In this document: positions 10,104 to 23,623 of the stretch, piece by piece | Layout: the number at the start of each line of letters is the position of its first letter | How positions within the stretch are numbered: the first letter of the stretch is position 1 | Assembly: GCA_036276055.1 (NCBI GenBank) | Contig: DATBEN010000208.1 | Location: 174 to 64,173, forward strand | DNA from: Caulobacteraceae bacterium | GTDB taxonomy: Bacteria; Pseudomonadota; Alphaproteobacteria; Caulobacterales; Caulobacteraceae | DNA length: 64,000 bases | Direction of reading: 5' to 3' | Position numbers and translations under genes: made by a program | Notes under the pieces: model-generated | Told to the model about the DNA's origin: nothing | The model's database searches: none | The model's input: the letters and a program-made list of their open reading frames with translations, nothing else

Positions 10104-10475
10104 TCGGCCTGGCTGCTCGCCCATAGGCGCTAACTTTAGGGGATTATCCCGGAGCGCCGGCGCCCCAGCGTCGAGAGAAGCCGGCGAGGAGCCCGGCGCT
10201 CCGTGTGTTTGCCTGCAAAGTTGGCGTCTTCGCACCTCCGTGGCTAAGACGGCCTCTCAATCCAACGTGCGATTGCGAACTGCATCGCCAGTCCGGCCGA
10301 AGACGACTTCTCAACGCTGGGGAAGCGTCGGCAACACGTTGTGATCTAAAACGAACATAGAATCTCAACCTGTGTCAATTTCGGCTCGCACCGTGCGCAT
10401 TGTCATTGCATTTGGGAAGAATGCGAACTAACCGTGGCGAAGTTGCGTCATCGTTGAAACATTTGGCCCGAGAGT

Positions 10476-11120
10476 ATGACCATGAGGACCCACATCCACA
10501 CCGCCGGCGCCCTGGCGCTGGCCCTGGCCTTGGGGGGCGTCGCGCATGCGAGCAATCTCGTGGCTGACGGAACCTTCGATTCCCCCTCCGGCGGGAGCTC
10601 CTTCACCACCGTTTTCGCTGGCAACAGCTTTGGACCCTGGGCCGTCACCAACGGCAGCGTCGACCTGATCGGCGGCTACTGGCAGGCGCCGGCCGGCGGC
10701 GGCAGCGTCGACGTCGATGGCGACTCCCCGGGCGCCTTCAGCCAGGCTCTGGCGACGGGAAAGGGCGCCTACACCCTGACCTTCGACCTGTCGGGCAACC
10801 CCGACGGCGGCCCGACGACCAAGACCCTGCAGGTCACGGTCGGCGGCGCCACGCAGACCTTCACCTACGACATCGGCGCCAACAGCCACGCCGACATGAT
10901 GTACGTCCCGGAGACGCTGACCTTCGACGCCTCGGGTCCGACCACCCTGACCTTCACCAGCCTCGACGTCGGCACGCCCTACGGGCCAGTCGTTGGCAAT
11001 GTGAGTGTCTCGGCGGTTCCCGAGCCAGCCTCGTGGGCCCTGATGCTGCTGGGCGTCGGCGCCATGGGCGCTGCGGTCCGCTCGCGCCGTTCGCGCGCGG
11101 CTGGCCCCGCCAGCGCCTGA
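10476..11120 (+). CDS. Choice-of-anchor C (DUF642-like) protein with PEPxxWA-CTERM sorting signal, copy 1
   Basis: Signal peptide; GSVDLIGGYWQ, FDLSGNPDG and YGPVVGNVSV motifs; C-terminal VPEPASWALMLLG, TM segment and Arg-rich tail. Confidence 0.85.
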   Translation: MTMRTHIHTAGALALALALGGVAHASNLVADGTFDSPSGGSSFTTVFAGNSFGPWAVTNGSVDLIGGYWQAPAGGGSVDVDGDSPGAFSQALATGKGAYTLTFDLSGNPDGGPTTKTLQVTVGGATQTFTYDIGANSHADMMYVPETLTFDASGPTTLTFTSLDVGTPYGPVVGNVSVSAVPEPASWALMLLGVGAMGAAVRSRRSRAAGPASA

Positions 11121-11432
11121 TCCTGCGGCCGCGATCCGCGGCTGGAATTGATACGCCCCGAAATGGGGGCGGTAGAGAGCGCCGCCGGCTGTCAGCCGGC
11201 GGCGCTCGACGTTTTGGCCTGTATCCTCGCCAAAGGCTGAGCAACGCGCAGCCAGACCCCGTCACCCAAAAAGGTGATGAAAATTCAAATCGTACGAAAA
11301 CTATCTTTTGTAAAAATCAGACGGAACTGAACCAGCTACACAGGGCTCGCGTTTGGGCCCCTATTAGCAAGCGGTGCGAGACGTCGACCCCGTCTCCTTT
11401 CCGGCCGCCTTAAGCAAAAGCGGAGCGATCCA

Positions 11433-12071
11433 ATGACAAAAACCGGCGCATATGCGACTGGAGTGCTGGCTGCGGCCTTGGCCGTTGGGGGAGCCGCGCA
11501 TGCGGCAAACCTTGTCGCCGACGGCGACTTTTCCTCACCCTTCGGTGGCCCCACCTTCACGACCTTTTCCGCCGGGTCCAGCTTCGGACCCTGGAACGTC
11601 ACGAGCGGCAGCGTCGATCTGATCGGCGCTTACTGGCAGTCCCCGACGGCGGGCGGCGGCAGCGTCGACGTGGACGGCAATTCGCCGGGCGCCTTCGACC
11701 AGGCGATCGCTACGGGCGCGGGCGAGTACACGCTCACCTTCGACCTGTCCGGCAACCCGGACGGCAATCCCACCACCAAGGCCCTTCAGGTCTCGGTAGG
11801 GGGCGTCACCAAGCTGTTCACCTACACGATCGGGGCGAACAGCCACTCCGACATGATGTACACGACCGAGTCGCTGACGTTCAAAACGACAGGTCCAACG
11901 ACGCTGACCTTCGCCAGCCTGGACAACAACTCGCCCTACGGTCCGGTGGTGGGGGACGTGGCCATCACCGCGGTCCCTGAGCCGGCCTCGTGGGCCCTGA
12001 TGCTGCTGGGCGTGGGAGCCATGGGCGCTTCGCTCCGCGCGCGCCGTTTGCGCGTGACGAACCTCGCCTGA
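11433..12071 (+). CDS. Choice-of-anchor C protein with PEPxxWA-CTERM sorting signal, copy 2
   Basis: Close paralog of 10476..11120, with the same motifs and sorting tail. Confidence 0.85.
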   Translation: MTKTGAYATGVLAAALAVGGAAHAANLVADGDFSSPFGGPTFTTFSAGSSFGPWNVTSGSVDLIGAYWQSPTAGGGSVDVDGNSPGAFDQAIATGAGEYTLTFDLSGNPDGNPTTKALQVSVGGVTKLFTYTIGANSHSDMMYTTESLTFKTTGPTTLTFASLDNNSPYGPVVGDVAITAVPEPASWALMLLGVGAMGASLRARRLRVTNLA

Positions 12072-12190
12072 GCCTGATGATCCCGGGGGCGCCGGCAGCG
12101 GCCCCGCACGATCGCCCCGCGAGGGGCAGAGAAGGCGCCGTCGGCGAACAGCCGGCGGCGTTCTTCGCTTTCAGCGCAGGCTGGTCTTGA

Positions 12191-12655
12191 TCACCTGGGG
12201 ATCTCGATGATCGTCCAGTCTTCCTCGCCGGCGAGGGTGCGGAATTTGGCGCGCTCCGCCTCGAGGGCCGGGACCTGGTCCTTGGGCGTTATGGCGCGGG
12301 ACTGGACTATCAGGTCGCGACTGAGAGCCTCGTCGGGATCCATTTTCGCTCGCGACGGGTACCACTCGATCAACACCACATTGGGCCCGGGCCCGACCTG
12401 ATCCTCGCGGAACTGAACCTCCCAGCGGGTGATCACGCCTCTCTTCTTGAGCGTCTCCTCACCCGGGACCCAGGTCTTCTTGATCGCCGTGAGATAGTCG
12501 TCCAGGTGACCGGGTTCGACCCGGACATAGGTGCGGTGGACCACCTGCTTGGTCGGCTTCCAGTCCGCCCAGGGCTCCGCGCGAACCGCTGTGGCGCCCA
12601 GTGCGAGTAAGGCCACGGCGCCGAGCGCCGTCGAGATCGTCTTCATCGTGGTCAT
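12191..12655 (-). CDS. Secreted hypothetical protein (possible NIPSNAP-like alpha/beta barrel), paralog A
   Basis: Signal peptide; YVRVEPGHLDDYLTAIKKTWVP...KKRGVIT. Start is 12655 or 12646. Confidence 0.7.
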   Translation of the reverse strand: MTTMKTISTALGAVALLALGATAVRAEPWADWKPTKQVVHRTYVRVEPGHLDDYLTAIKKTWVPGEETLKKRGVITRWEVQFREDQVGPGPNVVLIEWYPSRAKMDPDEALSRDLIVQSRAITPKDQVPALEAERAKFRTLAGEEDWTIIEIPR

Positions 12656-12678
12656 CTCTTTGGGCTGGTGCGCGGCGC

Positions 12679-13137
12679 TCATTTGGAGAACTCCGCCGTG
12701 CGCCAGGTTTCGTCGGAGACGCGGGTGCGATAGGTTCCGTACTGGGCCTGCATCTCGTCGGACTGCGCCTTGGACAGCTGTGCGCGGTATTCACTCTCGA
12801 TCGCCATGTCCCGCGTGCGGTCCGGGTCCATGGCCGCGCCGGTCGGATAGACGGTGATCAGGCAGACCAAGTCGTCGGGGCTGTCGCGGTGGTCGCGCAG
12901 CAGGATGACGTAGTCGGTGATGACGCCGCGCTTCTTGCGGAGTTCCTGTTCGGGGACCCAGGTCTTGCGCAGGCCAGTCAGATAGTCGTCCAGATGACCG
13001 GGCGCGACGCGGATGTACTGCTTTTCGGTGACGCCCTTTCCAGGACTCCAGTCCACCCAGGTCTCCGCCGCCGCGGCGCCGGCGCCGAGCGCGAGCGCGG
13101 CGAGAGCCGCCGCTACGGTTGTCGCGAATGGGATCAT
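12679..13137 (-). CDS. Secreted hypothetical protein, paralog B
   Basis: GGAGGGG RBS; signal peptide; YIRVAPGHLDDYLTGLRKTWVP...KKRGVIT. Confidence 0.7.
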   Translation of the reverse strand: MIPFATTVAAALAALALGAGAAAAETWVDWSPGKGVTEKQYIRVAPGHLDDYLTGLRKTWVPEQELRKKRGVITDYVILLRDHRDSPDDLVCLITVYPTGAAMDPDRTRDMAIESEYRAQLSKAQSDEMQAQYGTYRTRVSDETWRTAEFSK

Positions 13138-13273
13138 GTTTCCCCTCCATGTTGTGTCCGCCCGGACTACCCCGGGTCTTCTCAATCGGTCATTATCGTA
13201 CACACAATCGACGACAGGGCAAAAGTAAAGCTTGATGACGCTCTGGCGGTCCGGCGAGGCGAGGGCGGGTGGA

Positions 13274-13807
13274 ATGACTCCAGTCAATGACGCGCGGTCA
13301 CAGCGATCCCGCGCCGCCCCACTTCTGGAGCGCGTCTTCCCGAAGGTTCTCGACAACCGCTCTCGCGGCCACGCCGCGGCCCTGTGGATCTTCGGCCTGC
13401 TCGTCGTCTTCAAGGCGCTGATCAGCGTCGGATCCCTCGCCGACCCGGCGCGTGGCTACGTAGCCGACGGTATCCCGCTGGGCGCCTATCCCCCCGCAGC
13501 GGCCCAGGTGGTGATCGGCGTGGGCGCCTTTCTCGACGTCGAGATCCTCATTCTGGTCCTGCTCTCCGTCCTGGCTCTCGTCCGCTACCGCGCCATGGTC
13601 CCGTTGATGTATCTGGTGCTGGTGATTGAGTTCCTGGCCCACAAGGGGGTGGGGATCTGGAGACCGATCGCGAGGACGGGCGGGTCGTCGGCAAGCTTGG
13701 TCACGCTGGGGATATTCGCGCTGACGCTGGTCGGCCTGGCTCTCTCGGTGACTGGAAAGGGCTATTCCACCGGAAAGGGCTATTCCGTCAGCGATAAACG
13801 CAGCTAG
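13274..13807 (+). CDS. Hypothetical membrane protein (about 4 TM)
   Basis: Several hydrophobic segments; ADGIPL and LVRYRAMVPLMY conserved-looking motifs. Start approximate. Confidence 0.65.
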   Translation: MTPVNDARSQRSRAAPLLERVFPKVLDNRSRGHAAALWIFGLLVVFKALISVGSLADPARGYVADGIPLGAYPPAAAQVVIGVGAFLDVEILILVLLSVLALVRYRAMVPLMYLVLVIEFLAHKGVGIWRPIARTGGSSASLVTLGIFALTLVGLALSVTGKGYSTGKGYSVSDKRS

Positions 13808-13870
13808 CCTGTGGGCCGGATCGAAGGCGCCGCGAAGCCGTTCGCCCACCGCAGCCTGAAAGGAAACTCC

Positions 13871-14296
13871 ATGACCGTCGATGTGAAGTACCGCGCCCAC
13901 GCCGTGGCGACCGGCGGACGCGACGGCAGGACTGAGACCACGGACGGGTCGCTGAAGATCAAGCTCGCGATCCCCAAGGAGCTCGGCGGACCGGGCGGGG
14001 AGGGGAACAATCCCGAGCAGCTGTTCGCCGCCGGCTACGCCGCCTGCTTCATCGGCGCCATGAAGGCCGTATCCGGCGCGCAGAAGCTGCGCGTGCCGCC
14101 CGAGACGACGGTGGCGGCGGAGGTGGGCATCGGCCCGCGCTCGGAGGGCGGCTTCGGCATCACGGTGGAGCTGGATGTCGATCTGCCGGGCCTCGACCGC
14201 GCCGACGCCGAACGCCTCGTCCAGGCGGCCCACCAGGTCTGCCCCTATTCGAATGCGACGCGGGGCAATGTGGACGTGAAGCTGAAGGTGGGGTGA
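13871..14296 (+). CDS. ohr: Organic hydroperoxide resistance protein (Ohr/OsmC family)
   Basis: ATGGRDG, NPEQLFAAGYAACF and AHQVCPYSNATRGN motifs. Confidence 0.95.
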   Translation: MTVDVKYRAHAVATGGRDGRTETTDGSLKIKLAIPKELGGPGGEGNNPEQLFAAGYAACFIGAMKAVSGAQKLRVPPETTVAAEVGIGPRSEGGFGITVELDVDLPGLDRADAERLVQAAHQVCPYSNATRGNVDVKLKVG

Positions 14297-14312
14297 GGGG
14301 CGGGGCCTCTCA

Positions 14313-14885
14313 TCACTCGAGGGCCCACTTTCCGAGGACGTCGTGTCGGCTCTGGCCGTGCACGCTGTCGACCAAATGGAACTCGGGCACGCGCCAGGCG
14401 ATGGGCTCAATCACACGCTCAGCCCGCGGCCCGTCTTCCCACGACAACGTCAGGTGCGGGGTGAACGGGCGCGCGCGAAGCTCAATCAACCCCGCGCCGG
14501 CGAGGGCGGCGTGGATCTCGCCATACAGCATGTCCGCACCGATCATCCCCTCGTCCCCCGTGAGCACGAGCGGTCGAACGCCCGCCTTGCCGCCGAAGCT
14601 CATCACGCGGTTGAAGGCCAGGACGAATGAAGGAAATCGGATCGCCGAAACGACCCCGCAGGAGCGAACGATCAATTTTCGGGGTAAGGCAGCATAGGCG
14701 CCAAGACCATTGAGCGACACGTGGAGTCGGTCCGGAGGCGTCCGCCGGCCTCTCAATTCATCTCCTTCAGACAGCTTGTCGCCGAGGCGGAGGATACGCG
14801 CCGCGACCTCCGGCGGCGGAGGAACCGTGAAGAAGATCTTGTGCCTCAGCGCGACGTCGTGATGGACAAGCTCGGCGGCGACCAT
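14313..14885 (-). CDS. 2H phosphoesterase (2'-5' RNA ligase/LigT-like)
   Basis: Two HxS/T motifs (LHVSL, PHLTL); GGAGAGG RBS. Confidence 0.8.
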   Translation of the reverse strand: MVAAELVHHDVALRHKIFFTVPPPPEVAARILRLGDKLSEGDELRGRRTPPDRLHVSLNGLGAYAALPRKLIVRSCGVVSAIRFPSFVLAFNRVMSFGGKAGVRPLVLTGDEGMIGADMLYGEIHAALAGAGLIELRARPFTPHLTLSWEDGPRAERVIEPIAWRVPEFHLVDSVHGQSRHDVLGKWALE

Positions 14886-14936
14886 GACGCCTCTCCGTGA
14901 ATGGCCTCCGCGCGGCCGGTGGGCCAGCAGAGGCTC

Positions 14937-14969
14937 ACTTTAGGGCCGAGCCGCGAACAAAACAAGAAC
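14937..14969 (-). promoter_or_regulatory. LexA (SOS) box GTTC-N7-GTTC overlapping a sigma70-like promoter for the 2H phosphoesterase
   Basis: Minus strand GTTCTTGTTTTGTTC at 14955-14969; overlapping -35 TTGTTT, 17-bp spacer, -10 TAAAGT. Confidence 0.8.
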
Positions 14970-14975
14970 TTCGTC

Positions 14976-18278
<3,303 letters not shown>

Positions 18279-18505
18279 GCTTTGGTTCCGCGCGCGAGCC
18301 GCCGCGCGCGCGACGCGCGGTTCGGCCGGCCAAAATGAAGGTTAAGAGCCGGCTTTAGCGGCGCTGGACCCAAGGCGCAACCTCGGGTCGATCGGACGTC
18401 CGGGGACGGAACAGCGACGGCGCTTGGTCCGCCTCGCAGTCCTTACAATCGCTTGCCCGGGACACGACATATAGGATTCGCATTTTTCCGGAGTCCGCGC
18501 CGCCC

Positions 18506-18751
18506 ATGAGCCTGCTTGAAAAAATCCCTGAGATGGACGACCGCGCGCTGAAAAATCTGCTGGATAACGCCCGCAGGCTGGAGGCCGCTGGCACCGAACG
18601 CCAGAAGGCCGATGCGGCCGAACTGCTGCCCGCGCTCGAAGCCGCCGTGGCCGAGCGCAAACAGGCGAAGTCCGAAGCCGCCGCCGAAAAGCGCGCCGCC
18701 GCCCGCAAGACCGCCGCCCCCCGCAAGCCCCGCGTCGCCAAGGCGGTGTGA
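18506..18751 (+). CDS. Small hypothetical protein with Lys/Ala-rich tail
   Basis: Fills the carB-carA gap; helical, protein-like sequence; GGAG upstream. Confidence 0.65.
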   Translation: MSLLEKIPEMDDRALKNLLDNARRLEAAGTERQKADAAELLPALEAAVAERKQAKSEAAAEKRAAARKTAAPRKPRVAKAV

Positions 18752-18757
18752 GGCGAT

Positions 18758-18776
18758 CCTCCCAGGAGGGAGGGAC
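18758..18776. terminator. GC hairpin between convergent genes, resembling the end of the 30350-30487 repeat
   Basis: CCTCCC-AGGA-GGGAGG followed by GAC. Confidence 0.4.
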
Positions 18777-18780
18777 AGTC

Positions 18781-19959
18781 CTAACTCCGCGTCTTTTTCA
18801 CCTGCCGCATCGCCTCGGCGAAGCGACGGAAGACCCCCAGGGAGTCCGTCGGGCCGGGGGAGGCTTCGGGGTGGTGCTGCACTGAAAAGACCGGACGGCC
18901 CTTCAGGCGCAGCCCGGCGTTGGTGCCGTCGAAGAGGGAGACGTGCGTCTCCTCCAGGGCCTCGGGCAGGTCCTCGCGGCTGACCGTGAAGCCGTGGTTC
19001 ATCGAGACGATCTCGACCTTGCCGGTGTCCAGGTCCCTCACGGGGTGGTTCGCCCCGTGGTGGCCCTGCTCCATTTTGTGCGTGCGCCCTCCCAGCGACA
19101 GGGCGAGCAGCTGGTGGCCGAGGCAGACGCCGAACAGGGGCGTGCCGCTCTCCACCAGGGCGCGGATCTCCGGCGCGGCCCATTTGGCGGTCGCAGCCGG
19201 GTCGCCAGGACCGTTGGCGAGCACCACGCCGTCCGGGTTGCGCGCAAGGATCTCTGCCGCGGGCGTGTGAGCGGGGACGACGGTCACCTTGACCCCGGCG
19301 CTGGCGAGCGCCCGCAGGATATTGCGCTTGACCCCATAGTCGATGACCACGGCCTCGACGTCGCCGTCCCCCGCGCCCTCGTAACCCTCCGGCCATGACC
19401 AGAGCCCCTCGCGCCACTCGAAGCTCTGCAGGGTCGAGGCGGGCGTGGCGAGATCCTCGCCCTCCAGGCCCGGCCAGGCGCGCGCCTTGGCGACCAGGGC
19501 GTCGATGTCGAAGCGGCCTTCCGGATCGTGGGCGATCACCCCGTGGGGCATGCCCTGTTCGCGGATGCGGCGGGTCAGGGCGCGAGTGTCGATCCCTGCC
19601 AGGCCGATGACGCCCCGCCGGGCGAGCCAGGTTGCGAGATCCGCCTCGGCGCGCCAGTTGGCCGGGGCCGTCGGGAGATCGCGGAAGATCGCGCCCCGCG
19701 CCGAGGTCTCCGCCGAGCCCGCGACCTGCTCGATGTCCTCCACATTGGTCCCGACATTGCCCACGTGCGGGAAGGTGAAGGTGACGATCTGGGCCATGTA
19801 GGAGGGATCGGTGAGGATCTCCTCATAGCCGGTCATGGCGGTGTTGAAGCACACCTCGCCCACCGCCTCGCCCACGGCGCCCACGCCGATTCCTGCGAAG
19901 ATCGTCCCGTCGGCCAGGGCGAGGACGCCGGTGGCGCCGGCGGGCAGGTCGTGCGGCAT
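18781..19959 (-). CDS. carA: Carbamoyl-phosphate synthase small subunit
   Basis: [28 protein letters not shown] and [12 protein letters not shown] motifs. Confidence 0.99.
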   Translation of the reverse strand: MPHDLPAGATGVLALADGTIFAGIGVGAVGEAVGEVCFNTAMTGYEEILTDPSYMAQIVTFTFPHVGNVGTNVEDIEQVAGSAETSARGAIFRDLPTAPANWRAEADLATWLARRGVIGLAGIDTRALTRRIREQGMPHGVIAHDPEGRFDIDALVAKARAWPGLEGEDLATPASTLQSFEWREGLWSWPEGYEGAGDGDVEAVVIDYGVKRNILRALASAGVKVTVVPAHTPAAEILARNPDGVVLANGPGDPAATAKWAAPEIRALVESGTPLFGVCLGHQLLALSLGGRTHKMEQGHHGANHPVRDLDTGKVEIVSMNHGFTVSREDLPEALEETHVSLFDGTNAGLRLKGRPVFSVQHHPEASPGPTDSLGVFRRFAEAMRQVKKTRS

Positions 19960-20057
19960 CGTTCGGGGTCTCTTCTTTGTGGGGCGGGGGCGGCGGCGTA
20001 CCTATGGGCGCTGGTCCGGCGGGTCAACGCGCGGATCTTCTGGAGGAGGACGAACAG

Positions 20058-20318
20058 GTGCTTGAGCTTCGTCCCAATTGCGAGTGCTGCGACACGGACC
20101 TGGCGCCGGACAGCGTCGCCTTCATCTGCACCTTCGAATGCACCTTCTGCGAGACCTGCGCGGCAGATCGCTTCGGCGGCGTCTGTCCCAACTGCGGCGT
20201 CGAGCTGGTCCGGCGTCCGATTCGTCCGCCCGCGGCCCTCGCCCGCTTCCCCGCGAGCGCGACCCGGGTGCGCCGGGATCACGCCGAGTGCGCGACGGCG
20301 AGCGCCTCGCCCCCGTGA
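20058..20318 (+). CDS. DUF1272 family Cys-rich protein
   Basis: GTG start after GGAGGA; LELRPNCECCD, ICTFECTFC, CPNCG, RPIRP. Confidence 0.88.
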   Translation: MLELRPNCECCDTDLAPDSVAFICTFECTFCETCAADRFGGVCPNCGVELVRRPIRPPAALARFPASATRVRRDHAECATASASPP

Positions 20319-20486
20319 GGGGCCAGCGAACGGCTTAGGCGTCCCGCGCTCTTGAAGGGGCGGGTTGAAGGGTCTATCGCCGCCCCGCCATGCCCGACCA
20401 ACCCGCCAATCCCGCGCTGCACCTGCTGCGGCGCGACGATCGCATCGAGCTTTCCCTGACCAGCGCGGACAAGGCGGTCTGAGATC

Positions 20487-22544
20487 ATGCCCAAGGCCAA
20501 GGTCAACGGAGTCGAGATCGAGTTCGAGAACGGTATGACCGTTCTCCAGGTCGCCGAGCTGGCGGGGGAGGAGATCCCACGCTTCTGCTACCACGAGCGC
20601 CTGTCGATCGCCGGCAATTGCCGCATGTGCCTGGTCGAGGTGAAACCCGGGCCGCCCAAGCCCCAGGCCTCCTGCGCACTTCCGGCCGCCGACGGCCAGG
20701 AGATCATCACCAACTCCGCCATGGTGAAGAAGGCGCGCGAAGGGGTGATGGAGTTCCTGCTCATCAACCACCCGCTGGACTGCCCGATCTGCGACCAGGG
20801 CGGCGAGTGTGACCTGCAGGACCAGTCGATGGGCTACGGCCGCGACGCCAGCCGCTACGCCGAGAACAAGCGGGCGGTCGAAGAGAAGTACATGGGCCCG
20901 CTCATCAAGACGGTGATGACGCGGTGCATCCAGTGCACGCGCTGCGTGCGCTTCATCACCGAGGTCGCCGGCATATCGGAGATCGGCCTGATCTCGCGCG
21001 GCGAGGACGTGGAGATCACCACCTATCTCGATCGGGCGGTGACCAGCGAGCTATCGGCCAACGTCATAGACCTGTGCCCGGTCGGCGCCCTGACCTCCAA
21101 GCCCTACGCCTTCAACGCCCGGTCCTGGGAGCTGACCAAGACCTCCAGCGTCGACGTCATGGACGCGCTCGGCAGCGCCATCCGGGTGGATGCGCGCGGC
21201 CAGGCCGTGCTGCGGGTGCTGCCACGCACCAATGACGCGGTCAATGAAGAGTGGATCAGCGACAAGACCCGCTACGCCTGCGACGGCCTAGGCCGGCAGC
21301 GCCTCGATCGGCCGATGATCCGCGAGAACGGCAAGCTGCGGCCTGCGAGCTGGAGCGAGGCCCTCGGAGTGGTCGCCGAGCGCATCCGCGCGGCCAAGCC
21401 TGAGCGGCTCGGCGTGATCGCGGGCGAGTTGCAGGACGCCGAATCGATGAAGGCGGCGCTCGACCTTTTCGGCAGTCTCGGCGCGACTTCGATCGACTGC
21501 CGCACGGACGGCTCGCCCCTGGGGACGGGCTCGCGGGAGAGCTGGCTGTTCAACTCGACCATCGAAGGTCTGGAGCGCGCCGACGCGGTGCTGCTGGTGG
21601 GCGCCAATCCGAGGATGGAGGCGGCCGTCTTCAACGCGCGCCTGCGCAAGATGTGGCTGGCTGGGCGCACGCGCTTTGGCCTGGTCGGTCGGCCGGCGGA
21701 TCTCACCTACGACTACGACCACCTCGGCGCGGGCGGCGAGACCCTGACCGGCCTTGCCGACAGCGGCCATGACTTCGTCAAGGCGTTCAAGGCGGCGCAG
21801 AGGCCCGCGATGATCGTCGGCGCGGGCGCCCTGGCGCGTAGCGACGGGGCCGCGGTGCTCGCGGCGACTGCGCGCGCGGCCGGCGCCCTCAATGTCGTGC
21901 GCGAGGGCTGGAACGGCTGGAACGTCCTGCACACCGCCGCCTCGCGGGTGGGCGCACTCGACCTCGGCTTCATTCCGCGCGCCGGCGGCCTGACGGCCAC
22001 GCAGATGATGGATCCCGGCGTCCTCGACGTCCTGTTCCTGATGGGGGTGGACGAGATGGACCTCGGCAAGACCGAGGCCTTCGTCGTCTACATGGGCGCG
22101 CATGGCGACCGCGGCGCGCACCGCGCCGACGTGATCCTGCCCGCCGCCGCCTATACCGAGAAGGACGGGATCTACGTGAACACCGAGGGCCGCGTGCAGC
22201 GCGGAGAGCGGGCCGTGTTCCCCAAGGGCGAGGCGAGGGAGGACTGGGCCATCCTGCGCGCGCTCTCGGCGCGGCTGGGCGCGGCCTTGCCGTACGACAG
22301 CCTCGCCCACCTGCGCGAGAAGCTGTTCGCCGAACACCCGACCTTCGGGCAGGTCGACTATGCGCCGGGCTCCGTCCCCACGGCGCTGGATCTCTCGGGC
22401 CTGGGCGAGGCCGGCGAGATCGCCGACGCGGATTTCCTGAGCCCGATCCGGGCCTACCACCTCACCAACCCGATCTGCCGGGCGAGCGTGACCATGGCCG
22501 AATGCGCGGCCCTGGCCGCGGGCCTCAAGATCGCCGCCGAGTAG
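20487..22544 (+). CDS. nuoG: NADH-quinone oxidoreductase subunit G
   Basis: [44 protein letters not shown]. Confidence 0.98.
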   Translation: MPKAKVNGVEIEFENGMTVLQVAELAGEEIPRFCYHERLSIAGNCRMCLVEVKPGPPKPQASCALPAADGQEIITNSAMVKKAREGVMEFLLINHPLDCPICDQGGECDLQDQSMGYGRDASRYAENKRAVEEKYMGPLIKTVMTRCIQCTRCVRFITEVAGISEIGLISRGEDVEITTYLDRAVTSELSANVIDLCPVGALTSKPYAFNARSWELTKTSSVDVMDALGSAIRVDARGQAVLRVLPRTNDAVNEEWISDKTRYACDGLGRQRLDRPMIRENGKLRPASWSEALGVVAERIRAAKPERLGVIAGELQDAESMKAALDLFGSLGATSIDCRTDGSPLGTGSRESWLFNSTIEGLERADAVLLVGANPRMEAAVFNARLRKMWLAGRTRFGLVGRPADLTYDYDHLGAGGETLTGLADSGHDFVKAFKAAQRPAMIVGAGALARSDGAAVLAATARAAGALNVVREGWNGWNVLHTAASRVGALDLGFIPRAGGLTATQMMDPGVLDVLFLMGVDEMDLGKTEAFVVYMGAHGDRGAHRADVILPAAAYTEKDGIYVNTEGRVQRGERAVFPKGEAREDWAILRALSARLGAALPYDSLAHLREKLFAEHPTFGQVDYAPGSVPTALDLSGLGEAGEIADADFLSPIRAYHLTNPICRASVTMAECAALAAGLKIAAE

Positions 22545-22558
22545 GGGAGCCGGCTCGA

Positions 22559-23623
22559 ATGTTCTGGTCCACCCCTGGCGGATGGCTGTTGCTCACGGTC
22601 GGGCAGATCCTGGCTGTCCTGATCTGGATCCTGCTCTCGCTGGCCTTCCTCCTGCTCGCCGACCGCAAGATCTGGGCCGGCGTGCAGATGCGTAAAGGAC
22701 CCAACGTCGTGGGCCCGTTTGGCATGTTGCAGTCGTTCGCCGATTTCCTGAAGTTCGTGCTCAAGGAGATCGTGATCCCCTCGGGGGCGGACAAGACGGT
22801 CTTTCTTCTGGCGCCGCTGATCATGTTCACCCTCGCCTTCGGCGCCTGGGCTGTGATGCCGCTCGCGCCCGGCTGGGTGGTGTCGAACATCAACGTCGGG
22901 GTCCTCTACCTTTTCGCCATCTCATCCCTGGGCGTCTACGGCGTGATCATGGGCGGCTGGGCGTCGAACTCGAAATACCCCTTCCTGGGCGGCCTCCGGT
23001 CGGCGGCGCAGATGGTCAGCTACGAAGTCTCGATCGGCTTCGTGATCGTCACGGTGATCCTGCTGGCGGGCTCTCTCAACCTCAACACCATCGTTGAGCG
23101 CCAGGGCGGCGGGTTCTGGAACTGGAACGTGCTGGGCGGCGGCGGTCTGAAGGACCTGCCGGCGGCGCTGGTGATGATCCCGATGTCGGTGATCTTCTTC
23201 GTTTCGGCCCTGGCCGAGACGAACCGGCCGCCGTTCGACCTGCCCGAGGCGGAGTCCGAACTCGTCGCCGGCTATCAGGTCGAATATTCCTCCACGCCGT
23301 ACCTGCTGTTCATGATCGGCGAGTACGCGAACATCGTGCTGATGTGCGCCCTGATCACCACGCTCTTCTTCGGCGGGTGGCAGGCGCCGTTCCCGACGCC
23401 GTTCACCCGCTACTGGGATCCCACGCTGGCCAGCTTCTTCGGCTTCATGTGGTTGTTCCTGAAGATCATCTTCTTCTTCTTCCTGTTCGCCGTGGTGAAG
23501 GCGATTGTCCCCCGCTACCGCTACGACCAGCTGATGCGCCTGGGTTGGAAGGTGTTCCTGCCGACCTCGCTCGTCGCCGTCGCCCTGATCGGCGCGTGGC
23601 GCGTGTTCGGGTCCGCCACATGA
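22559..23623 (+). CDS. nuoH: NADH-quinone oxidoreductase subunit H
   Basis: [37 protein letters not shown]. Confidence 0.98.
   Translation: MFWSTPGGWLLLTVGQILAVLIWILLSLAFLLLADRKIWAGVQMRKGPNVVGPFGMLQSFADFLKFVLKEIVIPSGADKTVFLLAPLIMFTLAFGAWAVMPLAPGWVVSNINVGVLYLFAISSLGVYGVIMGGWASNSKYPFLGGLRSAAQMVSYEVSIGFVIVTVILLAGSLNLNTIVERQGGGFWNWNVLGGGGLKDLPAALVMIPMSVIFFVSALAETNRPPFDLPEAESELVAGYQVEYSSTPYLLFMIGEYANIVLMCALITTLFFGGWQAPFPTPFTRYWDPTLASFFGFMWLFLKIIFFFFLFAVVKAIVPRYRYDQLMRLGWKVFLPTSLVAVALIGAWRVFGSAT

Noticed and set aside
10383-11369. Sigma54 -24/-12 candidates upstream of the PEP-CTERM genes (CGGCTCGCACCGTGC, TGGGCCCCTATTAGCA)
   Set aside because: Only the GG-N10-GC spacing matches; the rest of the TGGCAC-N5-TTGC consensus is poor.
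13190-13235. AT-rich ATCGTACACACAAT as an OhrR operator
   Set aside because: Weak symmetry, far upstream of ohr with another gene in between, and no ohrR in the window.
13754-13786. 15-bp direct repeat GGAAAGGGCTATTCC with an 18-bp period
   Set aside because: Only two copies, in frame (TGKGYS twice) at a gene end. A local duplication, not a CRISPR array or target-site duplication.
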